Shown here piece after piece: positions 16,296 to 26,430 of a stretch of 51,020 nt of DNA. Each line of letters begins with the position of its first letter. Positions within the stretch are counted from its first letter, which is position 1. The stretch is from Blastocatellia bacterium. GTDB taxonomy: Bacteria; Acidobacteriota; Blastocatellia; UBA7656. Location: the NCBI GenBank assembly GCA_036554605.1, contig DATBMY010000447.1:1-51020 (forward strand), in the 5' to 3' direction. A model generated the notes under the pieces. It had not been told where the DNA came from. It made no database searches and saw only the letters and a program-made list of their open reading frames with translations. The translations under genes were made by a program, and so were the position numbers.

Positions 16296-17145
16296 CCAGC
16301 TTCAATATCTTCGCCGCATTGTCGTGCAATATTTTTTGCCTCACGTCGGGCGAGAATCCTTCAAGCGTATCGAAATCCTTAAGCCATCTTTCGGGCATTA
16401 TAAAAGGGTAATCGCTCCCGAACATTATTCTATCCTGAAGCCGCGTGCGGGCCTCGTCCATGATCTGCTTCGGTATATATCTGGGCGACCAGCCCGACAG
16501 ATCCATGAAAACGTTCGATTTGTGCCCGATTATAGCGAGCATCTCTTCGTGCCAGGGCCACGCCGGGTGCGCGCCTATGATTATAAGCTCGGGAAAATCG
16601 GCGGCGACCATATCCAGGTAAATCGGCCGCGTGTAATCCATCTTTATCCCCATGCCCCCGGGAGTGCCCGCGCCGAGCCCGTTCGTGCCGGTGTGGAACA
16701 GCGCCGGGACTCCAAGCTCTACGATCGTTTCGTATAGCGGATAAAACTGTTTTTCGCTCGGATAGAACGCCTGAACGCCGGGATGAAACTTCGCGCCGAT
16801 CAGCCCCAGTTCCGTTATCGCGCGCTTCATCTCCTCGACGGCTTTCTGACCTTTCCACGGATCGACGGAGGCGAACCCCACAAACTGCCGCGGATACTTT
16901 TTGACGATGTCGCCCACCTCGTCGTTCGTAAGTGGGGGCAGCCCCGTGGCGGTTTCCGCGTCCCACGCGAGCAGCACGCCGGTAATGTCCAGCTTTTCAT
17001 AAAGCTGCGCGACCTCTGCCATCTCGCGCACCGGAACGGTTGTACGAAAGAAGGTTTCGGCCGCGACGCGGAACGGTTTTATCGCCTTGTCTAGAAAGCT
17101 CGCGGTCGGCAGATGAACATGCATGTCGATAGCTATGGGCATCAT
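16285..17145 (-). CDS. amidohydrolase-family (TIM-barrel metal-dependent) hydrolase
   Basis: N-terminal IDMHVHLP (HxH), an internal HTG motif and FGSDYPF near the C-terminus. SD GAGGGAAG. Confidence 0.82.
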   Translation of the reverse strand: MMPIAIDMHVHLPTASFLDKAIKPFRVAAETFFRTTVPVREMAEVAQLYEKLDITGVLLAWDAETATGLPPLTNDEVGDIVKKYPRQFVGFASVDPWKGQKAVEEMKRAITELGLIGAKFHPGVQAFYPSEKQFYPLYETIVELGVPALFHTGTNGLGAGTPGGMGIKMDYTRPIYLDMVAADFPELIIIGAHPAWPWHEEMLAIIGHKSNVFMDLSGWSPRYIPKQIMDEARTRLQDRIMFGSDYPFIMPERWLKDFDTLEGFSPDVRQKILHDNAAKILKLEKK

Positions 17146-17257
17146 TCTTCCCTCGATCTTCTGTTTGAAAGCTATCCTATCAGATTGCTCGCTCGCGTGT
17201 CTGCCCGCGCGAGTCTATGCTACTTTTATTAATGAATATCTGAAGAGGTGAAAATGT

Positions 17258-18622
17258 ATGGCTATTGCTACGATAAACCCCGCAACCGGCGAGACGCTGA
17301 AATCTTTTGAGCCGCTTTCGGACCGGGAGATCGAAGGGAAAATCGCTCGCGCCGATCAGGTGTTTCGAGATTCCCGCCGCAATTCTTTTGAAGACCGCGC
17401 TCGAAAGATGATGACGGCGGCCGAGATACTTGAATCGGAAAAAAGGCGCTTCGGCGAATTGATGACGACCGAGATGGGTAAGCCCATCAGGGCCGCACTT
17501 TCCGAGGTTGAAAAATGCGCCTGGGTCTGTCGCTACTACGCTGAAACGGCCGCGGCGCATCTTTCGGATGAGGTCGCCGAGACGAATGCATCGCTAAGTT
17601 ATATTCGCTATCAGCCTCTCGGACCTGTGCTCGCCGTGATGCCGTGGAATTTCCCTTTCTGGCAGGTATTCCGGTTTGCCGCCCCCGCCTTGATGGCCGG
17701 TAATACCGGTCTGCTCAAACACGCCTCGAACGTCCCGCAGTGCGCGCTCGCTATAGAAGATATATTCTTGCGGGCCGGGTTTCCCGAAGGAACTTTTCAA
17801 ACGCTACTCATCGGCTCGGACAAAGTCGAGCGCATCATCGATGACGCGCGCGTGAAAGCAGCCACGCTGACGGGCAGCACCCCTGCGGGCGCAAGCGTCG
17901 CCCGGCGCGCGGGCGAGCGCATAAAAAAGACGGTGCTCGAGCTTGGCGGCAGCGACCCGTTTATCGTTATGCCGAGCGCCAACGTCAGTGAAGCCGCGAA
18001 GACCGCCGTCACCGCGCGCACGATTAACAACGGCCAGTCGTGCATAGCCGCGAAACGGTTCATCGTTCACGAGAGCGTAGCTGATGAGTTCGAGCGATTC
18101 TTTGTCGAAGGGATGCGATCTTTGAAAGTCGGCGACCCGATGGACGAGGCGACCGATATCGGGCCGCTTGCGACCCGCGGCATCCTTGAAGAGCTTGAAG
18201 AACAGGTCCGCAAAAGCGTAGAAGCAGGGGCGCGGGTGCTTACGGGCGGCAAGCGAACCGGCGTGCGCGGTTACTACTACGCCCCGACGGTCTTGACCGA
18301 CATACCAAAAGAGTCACCCGCGTATGTCGAAGAGATATTCGGCCCCGTCGCGTCCCTCTTGCGCGTGCGCGATATTGATGAAGCCATCGCCGTTGCAAAC
18401 GATACGGTATTCGGCCTGGGCAGCAGCGCGTGGACTAATGACGAACAAGAGCGCGCACGATTCATTGACGAGATCGAGGCGGGAAACGTATTTATCAACG
18501 GCATGGTCGCAAGTGACCCGAGATTGCCGTTTGGCGGCGTAAAAGAATCAGGCTACGGCCGCGAGTTGAGCCGCTACGGCATCCGCGAGTTCGTCAATAT
18601 AAAGACGGTCTGGATCAAATAA
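17258..18622 (+). CDS. sad: NAD(P)-dependent succinate-semialdehyde dehydrogenase, Sad/YneI type (aldehyde dehydrogenase family)
   Basis: INPATGE N-terminus, MPWNFPFWQV, LELGGSDPFIV (catalytic Glu), GQSCIAAKRF (catalytic Cys) and a FGGVKESGYGRELS C-terminus. From memory these closely parallel E. coli YneI. Confidence 0.88.
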   Translation: MAIATINPATGETLKSFEPLSDREIEGKIARADQVFRDSRRNSFEDRARKMMTAAEILESEKRRFGELMTTEMGKPIRAALSEVEKCAWVCRYYAETAAAHLSDEVAETNASLSYIRYQPLGPVLAVMPWNFPFWQVFRFAAPALMAGNTGLLKHASNVPQCALAIEDIFLRAGFPEGTFQTLLIGSDKVERIIDDARVKAATLTGSTPAGASVARRAGERIKKTVLELGGSDPFIVMPSANVSEAAKTAVTARTINNGQSCIAAKRFIVHESVADEFERFFVEGMRSLKVGDPMDEATDIGPLATRGILEELEEQVRKSVEAGARVLTGGKRTGVRGYYYAPTVLTDIPKESPAYVEEIFGPVASLLRVRDIDEAIAVANDTVFGLGSSAWTNDEQERARFIDEIEAGNVFINGMVASDPRLPFGGVKESGYGRELSRYGIREFVNIKTVWIK

Positions 18623-18704
18623 GATTTTGGATTTTGGATTAGGGAACCTGATAGAAACTAGCTTGCGGGCTTTTCAAGCGCCCGGAAATCCAAAATCCAA
18701 AATC
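18623..18704. repeat. 82-nt palindromic element: 18-nt perfect inverted repeat built from tandem GATTTTG heptamers; acts as spacer/terminator between convergent genes
   Basis: GATTTTGGATTTTGGATT (18623-18640) and AATCCAAAATCCAAAATC (18687-18704) are exact reverse complements. A small inner hairpin CGGGC-N9-GCCCG is present. Confidence 0.7.
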
Positions 18705-18707
18705 GAA

Positions 18708-20372
18708 CTACTGTCCAGCCTGGACGGTCTCCTGGCCGGGCGGCGTCTTGCGCGGCAGCTTCTTATCGCGCATGGCGGCGTTATAGGCAAACGCGGCTAT
18801 GATCGTAGCTGCCTGCTTCATGTCGTCTTCTATTATGCGCTCGTACACATCCATGTTCGTATGATGTGTGCGCGTGTTGTATTCGATGGGGTCTTGAATG
18901 AACTGGAAGCCCGGCAGACCCACCGCGTCAAATGACTGATGGTCGGTCCCTCCCGTGTTGGAGATGGTCAGCGTTTCCGCGCCCAGTTCCTTAAACGGAG
19001 CAAGCCACGTTCTGAAAATCGGCCTGACCGCTTCGTTGCCTTGCATGTAAACACCGCGAATCTTGCCGGTGCCGTTATCGAGATTGAAGTAAGCCGAGAA
19101 CTTCTCATGGGCGGGCAGCAGCTCAAACCGGGGCGCGTTCCCCTGGCCGCCCTGTCCACCGATGCGTCTGCCGTAGTGTTTCGTCACGTGCGCGCGCGAG
19201 CCAAGGAGGCCCTGTTCCTCTCCGCTCCAAAGCCCTATGCGAATCGTGCGACGGGGCTTGAGATTGAGCGCTTTGATTATTCTGAGCGCCTCCATCATCA
19301 CCGCCGAGCCCGACGCGTTATCGGTGGCACCGGTTCCCGCGTGCCACGAATCGTAGTGCGCGCCGAGCATTACGATTTCGTCCTTGAGGTCGGTGCCCGG
19401 TATCTCTGCGATCACGTTGTAGTCGTTTACGTCCTGGTCATAGAATCGGCTGCTGAGGCTTATTTCAGCCTGTACCGCCACGCCCTTCTCGATCATGCGG
19501 ATCATGCGGTTGTAGTGCTCGGGCGTGACGACGAGTTGCGGCACGACTTTTGGCGCGTCCGTCGAATAAGCCGACACGCGCCTTTCCATGGGATTATCTG
19601 CCGGGGCTCCGGCGGGGCGTGGGATCGAGGCAGCGCCGACAAAAATAACGCCGCCGTCGCCGTTGCGGGCTGTGGGCTCAAGGACTACGGCCGCGCCTTC
19701 GGAATATATAAACTGCCACTTCTTATTTGAGAACTCCAAAGCCGCCCTCTGTTCGGGGGTCATCTCGCGCCGGCGGCCGGAATCTCGCTCTCCGGGCGGC
19801 GCGCTGTTGGCCAGACGCAGAAGGTCTTCGTCCGACGTGCGGCGGGCCTTCGCCTCAAAGTGCGCTTTCACCTCGCGCGGGCCGTCGATCAGCACTATGG
19901 CGTCTTTGAGCTTGCCACGATATTTCTCCAGATCGGCCTCGGTCTTCGCATTGAGATAGACGACCTGCCCGCGAACGGTGCCGTTCGTGCTCGGCGACCA
20001 GGCTTTAGGATAGGCCACAAGCGGGCTGAAGCTGGGTTTGATGATATTGGCCGAAAAGGCTTCGAGCGACCAGCCGCGTCCGAACGGGCCCCATTGCTCA
20101 AGGTGGACATTCTCCAGTCCCCATTCGGCAAGCTTCTTCTTGGCCCATTCCTGGGCCGCGCGCATATTGGGCGAGCCCGTGAGCCGCGGGCCATGCACGT
20201 CGGTCATAAAGCTTATAAGCTCCATGACTTGAGAGCGTTTCAAGCCCTCCTCTTTGATCTTGTTTATGGCGTCGATGTCTATTTTTTCTTGCGGGGTTTG
20301 CGCGATTGCCGTCACGCCCGTAAACGCGACGCTCACGATGAGCAAGAAGACCGTAGCGTATCGCCTGATCAT
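18708..20372 (-). CDS. secreted M28-family metallopeptidase (aminopeptidase-like)
   Basis: LGAHYDSWHAGTGATDNASGSAVMMEALR and LWSGEEQGLLGS are M28 zinc-ligand motifs. ATG 20372 has SD AGGAGGAG and a signal peptide MIRRYATVFLLIVSVAFTGVTAIAQ. Confidence 0.85.
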   Translation of the reverse strand: MIRRYATVFLLIVSVAFTGVTAIAQTPQEKIDIDAINKIKEEGLKRSQVMELISFMTDVHGPRLTGSPNMRAAQEWAKKKLAEWGLENVHLEQWGPFGRGWSLEAFSANIIKPSFSPLVAYPKAWSPSTNGTVRGQVVYLNAKTEADLEKYRGKLKDAIVLIDGPREVKAHFEAKARRTSDEDLLRLANSAPPGERDSGRRREMTPEQRAALEFSNKKWQFIYSEGAAVVLEPTARNGDGGVIFVGAASIPRPAGAPADNPMERRVSAYSTDAPKVVPQLVVTPEHYNRMIRMIEKGVAVQAEISLSSRFYDQDVNDYNVIAEIPGTDLKDEIVMLGAHYDSWHAGTGATDNASGSAVMMEALRIIKALNLKPRRTIRIGLWSGEEQGLLGSRAHVTKHYGRRIGGQGGQGNAPRFELLPAHEKFSAYFNLDNGTGKIRGVYMQGNEAVRPIFRTWLAPFKELGAETLTISNTGGTDHQSFDAVGLPGFQFIQDPIEYNTRTHHTNMDVYERIIEDDMKQAATIIAAFAYNAAMRDKKLPRKTPPGQETVQAGQ

Positions 20373-20516
20373 ACTCTCCTCCTGATGGGATGTTTTATTG
20401 AAGGTCTTATGCAATGTCTGAAAGTCATGTACAGCCGGCATAAGGCCGCGGTTACTACTTTTTGCGCCTGATTGTCTTCGGAGAGATTAGATACTACTTT
20501 TTGGCGTGGCTTGCGG

Positions 20517-21911
20517 TCAACCTTGCGCACCTTCGGCCGCGCCCTTCTTCCGCCTCTGCTTTATCCGTATGGGCGTGGCGAAAAAGCCGTACTCTTCGCG
20601 CAGGCGGTTTTCGAGATAGCGCTCGTAAGAAAAGTGCAGTCGCGCCCTGGGGCTGCGCGACGATGTGAAGACGACGAATGTAGGCGGGCTAATGGAAGGC
20701 TGCGTTATGTAAAGCACGCGTATCGGATAGCGAGATTTCGTGGTCGCGCGCGGCTGTTCGAGGTAGCGCTCGAAGAAGCGGTTAAGCTCGGATGTGGGAA
20801 TCCGTTTGCGCCGTTCTTCGTATGCCCGGCGCGCAATCTCAAGCAGCTTTGTAACTCTCTGCCCCGTCTTTGCCGATATGAATATTATCGGAGCATAGTC
20901 GGCGAACTTCATCATCTCGCGTATGCGCTTCTCGTATTCATTCGTAGTGTAGGTATCCTTCTCTACCGCGTCCCACTTGTTGACGGCGATTATGAGGCTC
21001 GCGCCGGCCTCGTGCGCGTAGCCTCCGATCGTCGCGTCCAGATGGGTCGGACCTTCCACTGCATCTATCAGCAGTATCGCCACGTCGGATTGTTCGAGGT
21101 GGCGCTGGGCCATGATGACCGATAATTTTTCGGCCATAAGCTCGGTCTTGCCCCTGCGTCTTATCCCTGCGGTGTCGATCAATCGAAACCGCGAATCTCC
21201 ATACCCTATCTCGGTGTCGACGGCGTCGCGCGTAGTCCCAGGTATGGGCGAGACTATAACGCGCTCTTCGCCCGTCAGTCGATTGACCAGCGACGACTTG
21301 CCTACGTTTGGGCGTCCAACGATGCTCAGGCGAATCTCGGTCGTCTTCTCGTCGCGTGTAGAGGGTGCAGGCAGCAGGTCAAGCACTGCGTCAAGCAGTT
21401 CGGCCACCCCGTTTCCATGCTCGGCCGATACGGGGAATACCTGGTCGAACCCCCACCGCTCGAACTCCGCGGCGTCGGCCTCCTGCCTGAGACTGTCGAC
21501 TTTGTTGGCGGCCACAAAGACCGGCTTGTGCATCGAGCGAGCGAGCGCGGCCAGTTCTTCGTCGAGCGGCGTAATGCCAGCCCTGGCGTCCGTGACCAGC
21601 ACTATTAAGGATGCCTCTTCCAGGGCCGCCCGGGCCTGCCGCAGTATGTTGGAGGGTATGAGCTCGCGCTCGTCGGGGATTATGCCCCCGGTGTCGACGA
21701 GGCGGAACTCGCGGTTTCGCCACTCGGCGCGTCCGTATATGCGGTCGCGCGTTATGCCCGGCTCATCGCCCACAATCGCCCGCCGCGTCCCGGTGAGCTT
21801 ATTAAAGAGCGTCGATTTTCCGACGTTGGGCCGACCCAGTATCACCACTGTTGGAAGTTCAGTCTCTCGGGCGTCTGCTTTCTCCGTTGCTAAAGGGTCG
21901 ACCTGCTCCAT
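20517..21911 (-). CDS. der: ribosome-biogenesis GTPase Der (EngA)
   Basis: Two tandem GTPase domains (GRPNVGKSTLFN...DTGG and GRPNVGKSSLVN...DTAG) plus a KH-like C-terminus. SD AAGGAGG. Confidence 0.95.
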   Translation of the reverse strand: MEQVDPLATEKADARETELPTVVILGRPNVGKSTLFNKLTGTRRAIVGDEPGITRDRIYGRAEWRNREFRLVDTGGIIPDERELIPSNILRQARAALEEASLIVLVTDARAGITPLDEELAALARSMHKPVFVAANKVDSLRQEADAAEFERWGFDQVFPVSAEHGNGVAELLDAVLDLLPAPSTRDEKTTEIRLSIVGRPNVGKSSLVNRLTGEERVIVSPIPGTTRDAVDTEIGYGDSRFRLIDTAGIRRRGKTELMAEKLSVIMAQRHLEQSDVAILLIDAVEGPTHLDATIGGYAHEAGASLIIAVNKWDAVEKDTYTTNEYEKRIREMMKFADYAPIIFISAKTGQRVTKLLEIARRAYEERRKRIPTSELNRFFERYLEQPRATTKSRYPIRVLYITQPSISPPTFVVFTSSRSPRARLHFSYERYLENRLREEYGFFATPIRIKQRRKKGAAEGAQG

Positions 21912-21995
21912 AGTTCATGCCTCCTTCTTGAATTTATCTTGCCGCTTCGAGCTTTTACAAGCTGAGCCGCTGATATATGATCTGCGGCCGAAGCG

Positions 21996-22469
21996 ATGCT
22001 TAAACTCCTAAAAAGATTATGGCGGCGGCCACGGCGGGCGCGCGCGGCGCACCTGCTGCTTGGAGAGCGAGGCGAGCGCGCGGCGCTTGAGTATCTCGCG
22101 ATTGAAGAAGGATACAGAATTGTCGCAACAAACTTCCGCGTGCCGATAGGACGAGCAATCAGCGGCCAAAAGATAACGGCCGAAATAGACATCATCGCCT
22201 ACGATGAAGATACGCTCGTCTTCGCGGAAGTAAAGACTCGAACTTCAGACGAGATGGTCGGGCCTGAGCGCGCGGTCGATTTGCGAAAGCAGAGACAGAT
22301 CGCTCGCGCCGCCCGCCGCTACCGGCAGTTGATGAGCATACAGGCTGAAGCCTACCGCTACGACGTGGTGACGGTCATAGCGCGCGCGGAAGGAGAGAGC
22401 ATTGAGCTTCTGCGCGGTTTCTTTGATGATACGGTTTTTTTGCGCGGGCGCTTCTTCAATAAAGAATAG
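21996..22469 (+). CDS. yraN: YraN-family (UPF0102) endonuclease-like protein
   Basis: GERGERAALEYL...EIDIIAYDEDTLVFAEVKTR...YRYDVV pattern. Confidence 0.82.
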   Translation: MLKLLKRLWRRPRRARAAHLLLGERGERAALEYLAIEEGYRIVATNFRVPIGRAISGQKITAEIDIIAYDEDTLVFAEVKTRTSDEMVGPERAVDLRKQRQIARAARRYRQLMSIQAEAYRYDVVTVIARAEGESIELLRGFFDDTVFLRGRFFNKE

Positions 22470-22509
22470 GCGGAACAGCCGAGACTATGCCGCCTATTCT
22501 TTTAAACAT

Positions 22510-23616
22510 TTACTCGAAATCGATTTCGGTTTCGGCCAGGTACTTGGCGGCATCGGTCGGATTGAGCGGGTTGATATACATGCCGCTGCCCTGTTCGAAT
22601 CCGGCCCAGATAGTCGTTCGCACCAGTATCTCTATATGCCAGTGGAAATCCTCGCGGATCGTGCCGTAATCGCCTGTTCTCGGCAGTATGTTCAGGTTGG
22701 GCGCCGAGTGTACATAGAAGTTATAGGGCGGATTGCCTAACAGCTTATAGACTTTCATCAGCACGGTCTTAAGTATTCTGGCCAGCTCAACCCGTTCTTG
22801 CGGAGTTGTCTGTATGAAGGAATGCTGGTGCGTTTTCGGCAGTATATGTATCTCGTAAGGCATGCGGGCGGCGAACGGTATATAAGCGACGAACTTGTCG
22901 TTCTCGGCCACGACGCGGTCGCGCTGGCTCATGGCCACAAGCACCGAGCCATCACGATTGTATATCTTGTTCTCGTAGTAAAAGAGCTGGTCAATGTGCC
23001 GGCACCATATGCAGCCTTCGCCTTTCGTGTAGTGCTCTTTGGAGTGGTCGAGCTTGACCTTCAATGCGTCGGGGACGACTGTTGTGGCGATTATCTGCGC
23101 GTGCGGGTGCGAAAGCGACGCGCCCGCCGCTTTGCCGTGGTTTTTGAATATGAGCACGTACTTCAGTTTCAGGTCCCGCTCGAGGTCTACGTTGCGTTCC
23201 CACCAGCTATCGACGATTGCCGCCACCTGATGCATGGGCTGCTGTTCAAGATAGACGTCGTGGTCGGGCGATTCTATAACCACCTCGTGCGCCCCGTACC
23301 CGGTAGCCATTTGAAACATCCCGACTCGACGGAGATTTATCTCGGGGAAGATCCCAAAGGCCGGGAACTTATTTGGGACAACGCGGGTCACCCAGCCGGG
23401 GCTGTTTGGTTGGCCGCCGTTGTTGCGAATGCTAAAGATTTCGGGCGGCGTCATCTGTTCGTGTCCGTAGCAGAACGGGCAGCGCGCCCGCGTTTCGGCG
23501 CTCTCTTCTTCGCGTCGCGGTTCGGGCGCTTCGGGCCGCTGCGCTCGCGCCGATGATATGATGACCCACCTGCCGCTTATAGGGTCTTTTCTCAGTTCCG
23601 GGCTGAATTCAGGCAT
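22510..23616 (-). CDS. galT: galactose-1-phosphate uridylyltransferase-like (HIT superfamily branch)
   Basis: CPFCYGHE zinc motif and SHPHAQI (HxHxQ) active site; duplicated half-barrel length (368 aa). Confidence 0.78.
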   Translation of the reverse strand: MPEFSPELRKDPISGRWVIISSARAQRPEAPEPRREEESAETRARCPFCYGHEQMTPPEIFSIRNNGGQPNSPGWVTRVVPNKFPAFGIFPEINLRRVGMFQMATGYGAHEVVIESPDHDVYLEQQPMHQVAAIVDSWWERNVDLERDLKLKYVLIFKNHGKAAGASLSHPHAQIIATTVVPDALKVKLDHSKEHYTKGEGCIWCRHIDQLFYYENKIYNRDGSVLVAMSQRDRVVAENDKFVAYIPFAARMPYEIHILPKTHQHSFIQTTPQERVELARILKTVLMKVYKLLGNPPYNFYVHSAPNLNILPRTGDYGTIREDFHWHIEILVRTTIWAGFEQGSGMYINPLNPTDAAKYLAETEIDFE

Positions 23617-23956
23617 AGTTTTTCTTCTTTCCTCGATTATAACTTAGCTCCGCGGGAGCTTTAAAAAGCCGACAAAACGGACGCATGCAATCGGCATTGA
23701 GAGGTGCGACCATTCCTATTGCTCGCTCAATCTCATTTGAATCGATCCGGTAAATAACCTGGGCGCTGCATGCGTTGATCGTCAAATATACTTTCGAGCA
23801 CCCATCGCGTCAACAGCCCTGTGCTGCCCGCGCCGCTCTGGCAACATCTTTTAATGTCGGGAGCCGTCTGCTAAACTTTAATCAGGCAGCGCTAAGGAAG
23901 CTCCAGCCCGTCATTAGCCATCGGGCGTGCCGTTCAGTAAAGATTCGGAGGATTAT

Positions 23957-25171
23957 ATGAAGTCACTATTGCTCGTGCGGTTGGCGGCCATCATGGCACT
24001 TGTCGGCGTATTGCTGGTTACCTGCGTGGTGCCCGACTCAATCGTCGCCGCGCAAAGCGGACGCCAGCCGCCCAAAAAGAAGGTTGAGAAAAAGACCGAG
24101 GAACAGAAACAGAATCAGCAGGCCAATCCTCAGCCGCAGGAGCCCGAAGAGCCTGAACCCCCCATAACCCGAGACCAGAAAGACGAGCCGCCGCTCAAGC
24201 TTTCGACCGAAGTCGTCAACGTCGACGTCACGGTTATAGATAAAAAGAGCGGCCGACTCATTCCGAACCTCACGCAGAAGAACTTCACGGTTTATGAGGA
24301 CAACGTAAAGCAGGAACTTTCAAACTTCGCGGGCGGCGAGGGCCCCATGACGGTTGTGCTGCTTCTAGAGAATAATTTCCGCAACCGGTATTTTTACAGC
24401 TACTATGACCCGAATTTCGCGCAAGAGATCTTTCAGGCGGCCGCGAGCTTTGTCCAGGGGTTCGTAAAGCCCAGAGATTACGTCGCGGTCGTCACCTTCA
24501 GCATGAGGCCAAAAGTCATACAGGACTTCACAAGCGACAGGCAGAGGCTATACCAGTCGGTAGTCGCGGGTTATCGCGATACTCTGAATTTCAGTGAAGC
24601 CAATGTCTATGACGCGCTTTCATTCGTGCTGCTGGGAGGCAAGGCCATCCAGCTTTACAACGAAGAGATCGGCGAGAGCGAGTACACCGGCCTGCAAGAG
24701 GTTGAGGGACACACGGCGGTCATACTGATCACGCTCGGGTTCGATACGTTCAGCCGTATAACTTACGATAAGGCGCTCAGGATAGTCGGAAACGCCGGAG
24801 TGCCGGTTTTCACTATCGGCGTCGGGAACCTCTTTTATAAGAAGTACGGCGACAACCTGCCGCCCGAGCTGCGGCTGTCGTTCGCGCAGGCGCAAAACAG
24901 CCTCAACTCGTTTGCGAGGCTGAGCGGCGGTATGTACTTTCCAATGACGTTTGAGAGCGAGATCCCCTCCATTATGCGCAGCATCGAGGCGGTGCTTAGA
25001 AACCAGTACAGCGTCGGATATATGCCTACGAATACTCGGCGCGAAGGCAAAGAGCGCAAGATCAAAGTGGAAGTAGATGTTGATGGAGACGGCGTGCCGG
25101 ATACGAAGAATCTGGAAATACGACATCGCCAGAAATATAACGAGCCGGACGACAGGCCGAAGAAGAAGTAG
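23957..25171 (+). CDS. secreted VWA-domain protein (VWFA-related acidobacterial domain type)
   Basis: ATG 23957 with SD GGAGG and a signal/TM segment. STEVVNVDVTVIDKKSGRLIPNLTQKNFTVYEDNVKQ is the characteristic start of this family. Confidence 0.82.
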   Translation: MKSLLLVRLAAIMALVGVLLVTCVVPDSIVAAQSGRQPPKKKVEKKTEEQKQNQQANPQPQEPEEPEPPITRDQKDEPPLKLSTEVVNVDVTVIDKKSGRLIPNLTQKNFTVYEDNVKQELSNFAGGEGPMTVVLLLENNFRNRYFYSYYDPNFAQEIFQAAASFVQGFVKPRDYVAVVTFSMRPKVIQDFTSDRQRLYQSVVAGYRDTLNFSEANVYDALSFVLLGGKAIQLYNEEIGESEYTGLQEVEGHTAVILITLGFDTFSRITYDKALRIVGNAGVPVFTIGVGNLFYKKYGDNLPPELRLSFAQAQNSLNSFARLSGGMYFPMTFESEIPSIMRSIEAVLRNQYSVGYMPTNTRREGKERKIKVEVDVDGDGVPDTKNLEIRHRQKYNEPDDRPKKK

Positions 25172-25191
25172 CGAGCATAGAATCGTCGGAT

Positions 25192-25218
25192 GGCGGGCAT
25201 CTCTTTTAGATGCCCGCC
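25192..25218 (+). terminator. hairpin GGCGGGCATC-N7-GATGCCCGCC after the VWA gene
   Basis: 10-bp perfect stem, 21 nt after the stop. No clear T-run. Confidence 0.45.
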
Positions 25219-25244
25219 ACCCGGCGGCCGATCAACAGGCATTA

Positions 25245-26003
25245 ATGGCTGAGCGAGAGCATCCGGAAAACGATCCACACGATCCATCAGGGATAATCCT
25301 ACAATCCATATTCGACGACGCGCTCAGAGCCGTGGTGAAGCGGGAGCCGAAGCCTGTTGTGGAGGCGCGTTTCTATCCATACGCCGGGCTATCCTCAACT
25401 ATAAGATTGCGTCGCGGTCGCGTCTATGTGCGCGTTTCGGACGTGTTGCGCCATTCGCCGCGAGAGGTGCTGTACGCCCTGGCCTGCATACTCGTCTCAA
25501 AGCTTTACCGCCTGAAGGTATCCAAGGAGCACGAGAGGACCTATCGCCAGCACACGCTCAATCCTTCAATACTCGACGCTTCGGAGGATGCGCGCCGCAA
25601 GCGCGGTTATAAAATAACCACGACGCCGCGGGGGAAGATCTTTGACCTTGAGCGTCTCTTCGATGAATTGAATGAGCGTTATTTCGCCGGGACGCTTGCG
25701 CGGCCCAGGATTTCGTGGAGCGCGCGGCGGGCGCGTCGCGTTTTGGGACACCACGATCATATACACGGGGCGATCATTATTAGCCGGCTGCTTGATAGCC
25801 CGCGAATACCCCGGTTCGTGCTCGAATATGTCTTATTTCACGAGATGTTACACATAAAACATCCGGCGCGTGTTGTCGGAGGGCGAACTATTTATCACAG
25901 CCGCGAATTCCGCGAAGAAGAGCGAGAATTCGGCCACTACGAAGAGGCGCTGAGGTGGCTGGAAAAGATATCCCCGCCTGCTCGCCCTCGTCGCCGTCGC
26001 TGA
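25245..26003 (+). CDS. SprT/DUF45-like zinc metallopeptidase (HExxH)
   Basis: LFHEMLHIKH motif near the C-terminus, in a context like SprT-like/WLM proteins. ATG 25245 was chosen because the longer track ORF overlaps the VWA gene. Confidence 0.7.
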   Translation: MAEREHPENDPHDPSGIILQSIFDDALRAVVKREPKPVVEARFYPYAGLSSTIRLRRGRVYVRVSDVLRHSPREVLYALACILVSKLYRLKVSKEHERTYRQHTLNPSILDASEDARRKRGYKITTTPRGKIFDLERLFDELNERYFAGTLARPRISWSARRARRVLGHHDHIHGAIIISRLLDSPRIPRFVLEYVLFHEMLHIKHPARVVGGRTIYHSREFREEEREFGHYEEALRWLEKISPPARPRRRR

Positions 26004-26137
26004 TGGAAGGGAACAATTCCTCGTGACGTGCGTTAAAGGGTATGAGCGAACGATCCTGGAAGGTGAATTGGAACGTGGATTATTTCTTTCACCGATCTCG
26101 GGACCCGAGTTCAGAACAGAATATCCTTCTCCTTAAG

Positions 26138-26163
26138 ACGGGGCGCCTCGGGAGGCGCCCCGT
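26138..26163 (+). terminator. hairpin ACGGGGCGCCT-CGGG-AGGCGCCCCGT
   Basis: 11-bp perfect stem followed by TAGTTGTCTT, 134 nt after the SprT-like stop. Confidence 0.55.
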
Positions 26164-26395
26164 TAGTTGTCTTAGTCGCTAGCATTCCAAAGATCCACAA
26201 AGTCAGATATTTCGTGGATGAGATTCTACGAAATATGCCGGAATTATTTTTGAAACCAAAGACTGGAAGCGACGTTAATATTGGTGTGAGTGAACGATAG
26301 CAGTGGACCGCGATTAATTCATGCGCCTGATGGTCGTGGCCCTGCTTGCTATTCTAAGCGTTGTCGCTTGGGGTGAATCCTCCTCCATTACTCAC

Positions 26396-26430
26396 CGGGC
26401 GTCGCACGCGCGACGCCCGTTCTCTTTTAT
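26396..26430 (+). terminator. hairpin CGGGCGTCGC-ACGC-GCGACGCCCG followed by TTCTCTTTTAT (plus-strand orientation)
   Basis: 10-bp stem with a U-rich tail on the plus strand only. It sits 22 nt beyond the stop of the minus-strand permease gene, so it could also serve that gene as a plain hairpin. Confidence 0.5.

Noticed and set aside
21112-22011. 299-aa plus-strand ORF antisense to der
   Set aside because: It overlaps the highly conserved der gene. The product is Ser/Arg/Pro-rich low-complexity sequence with no start context.
26042-26182. 46-codon plus-strand ORF (MSERSWKVNWNVDYFF...)
   Set aside because: It has a weak SD and contains the 26138-26163 terminator hairpin within its coding sequence. 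No motif.
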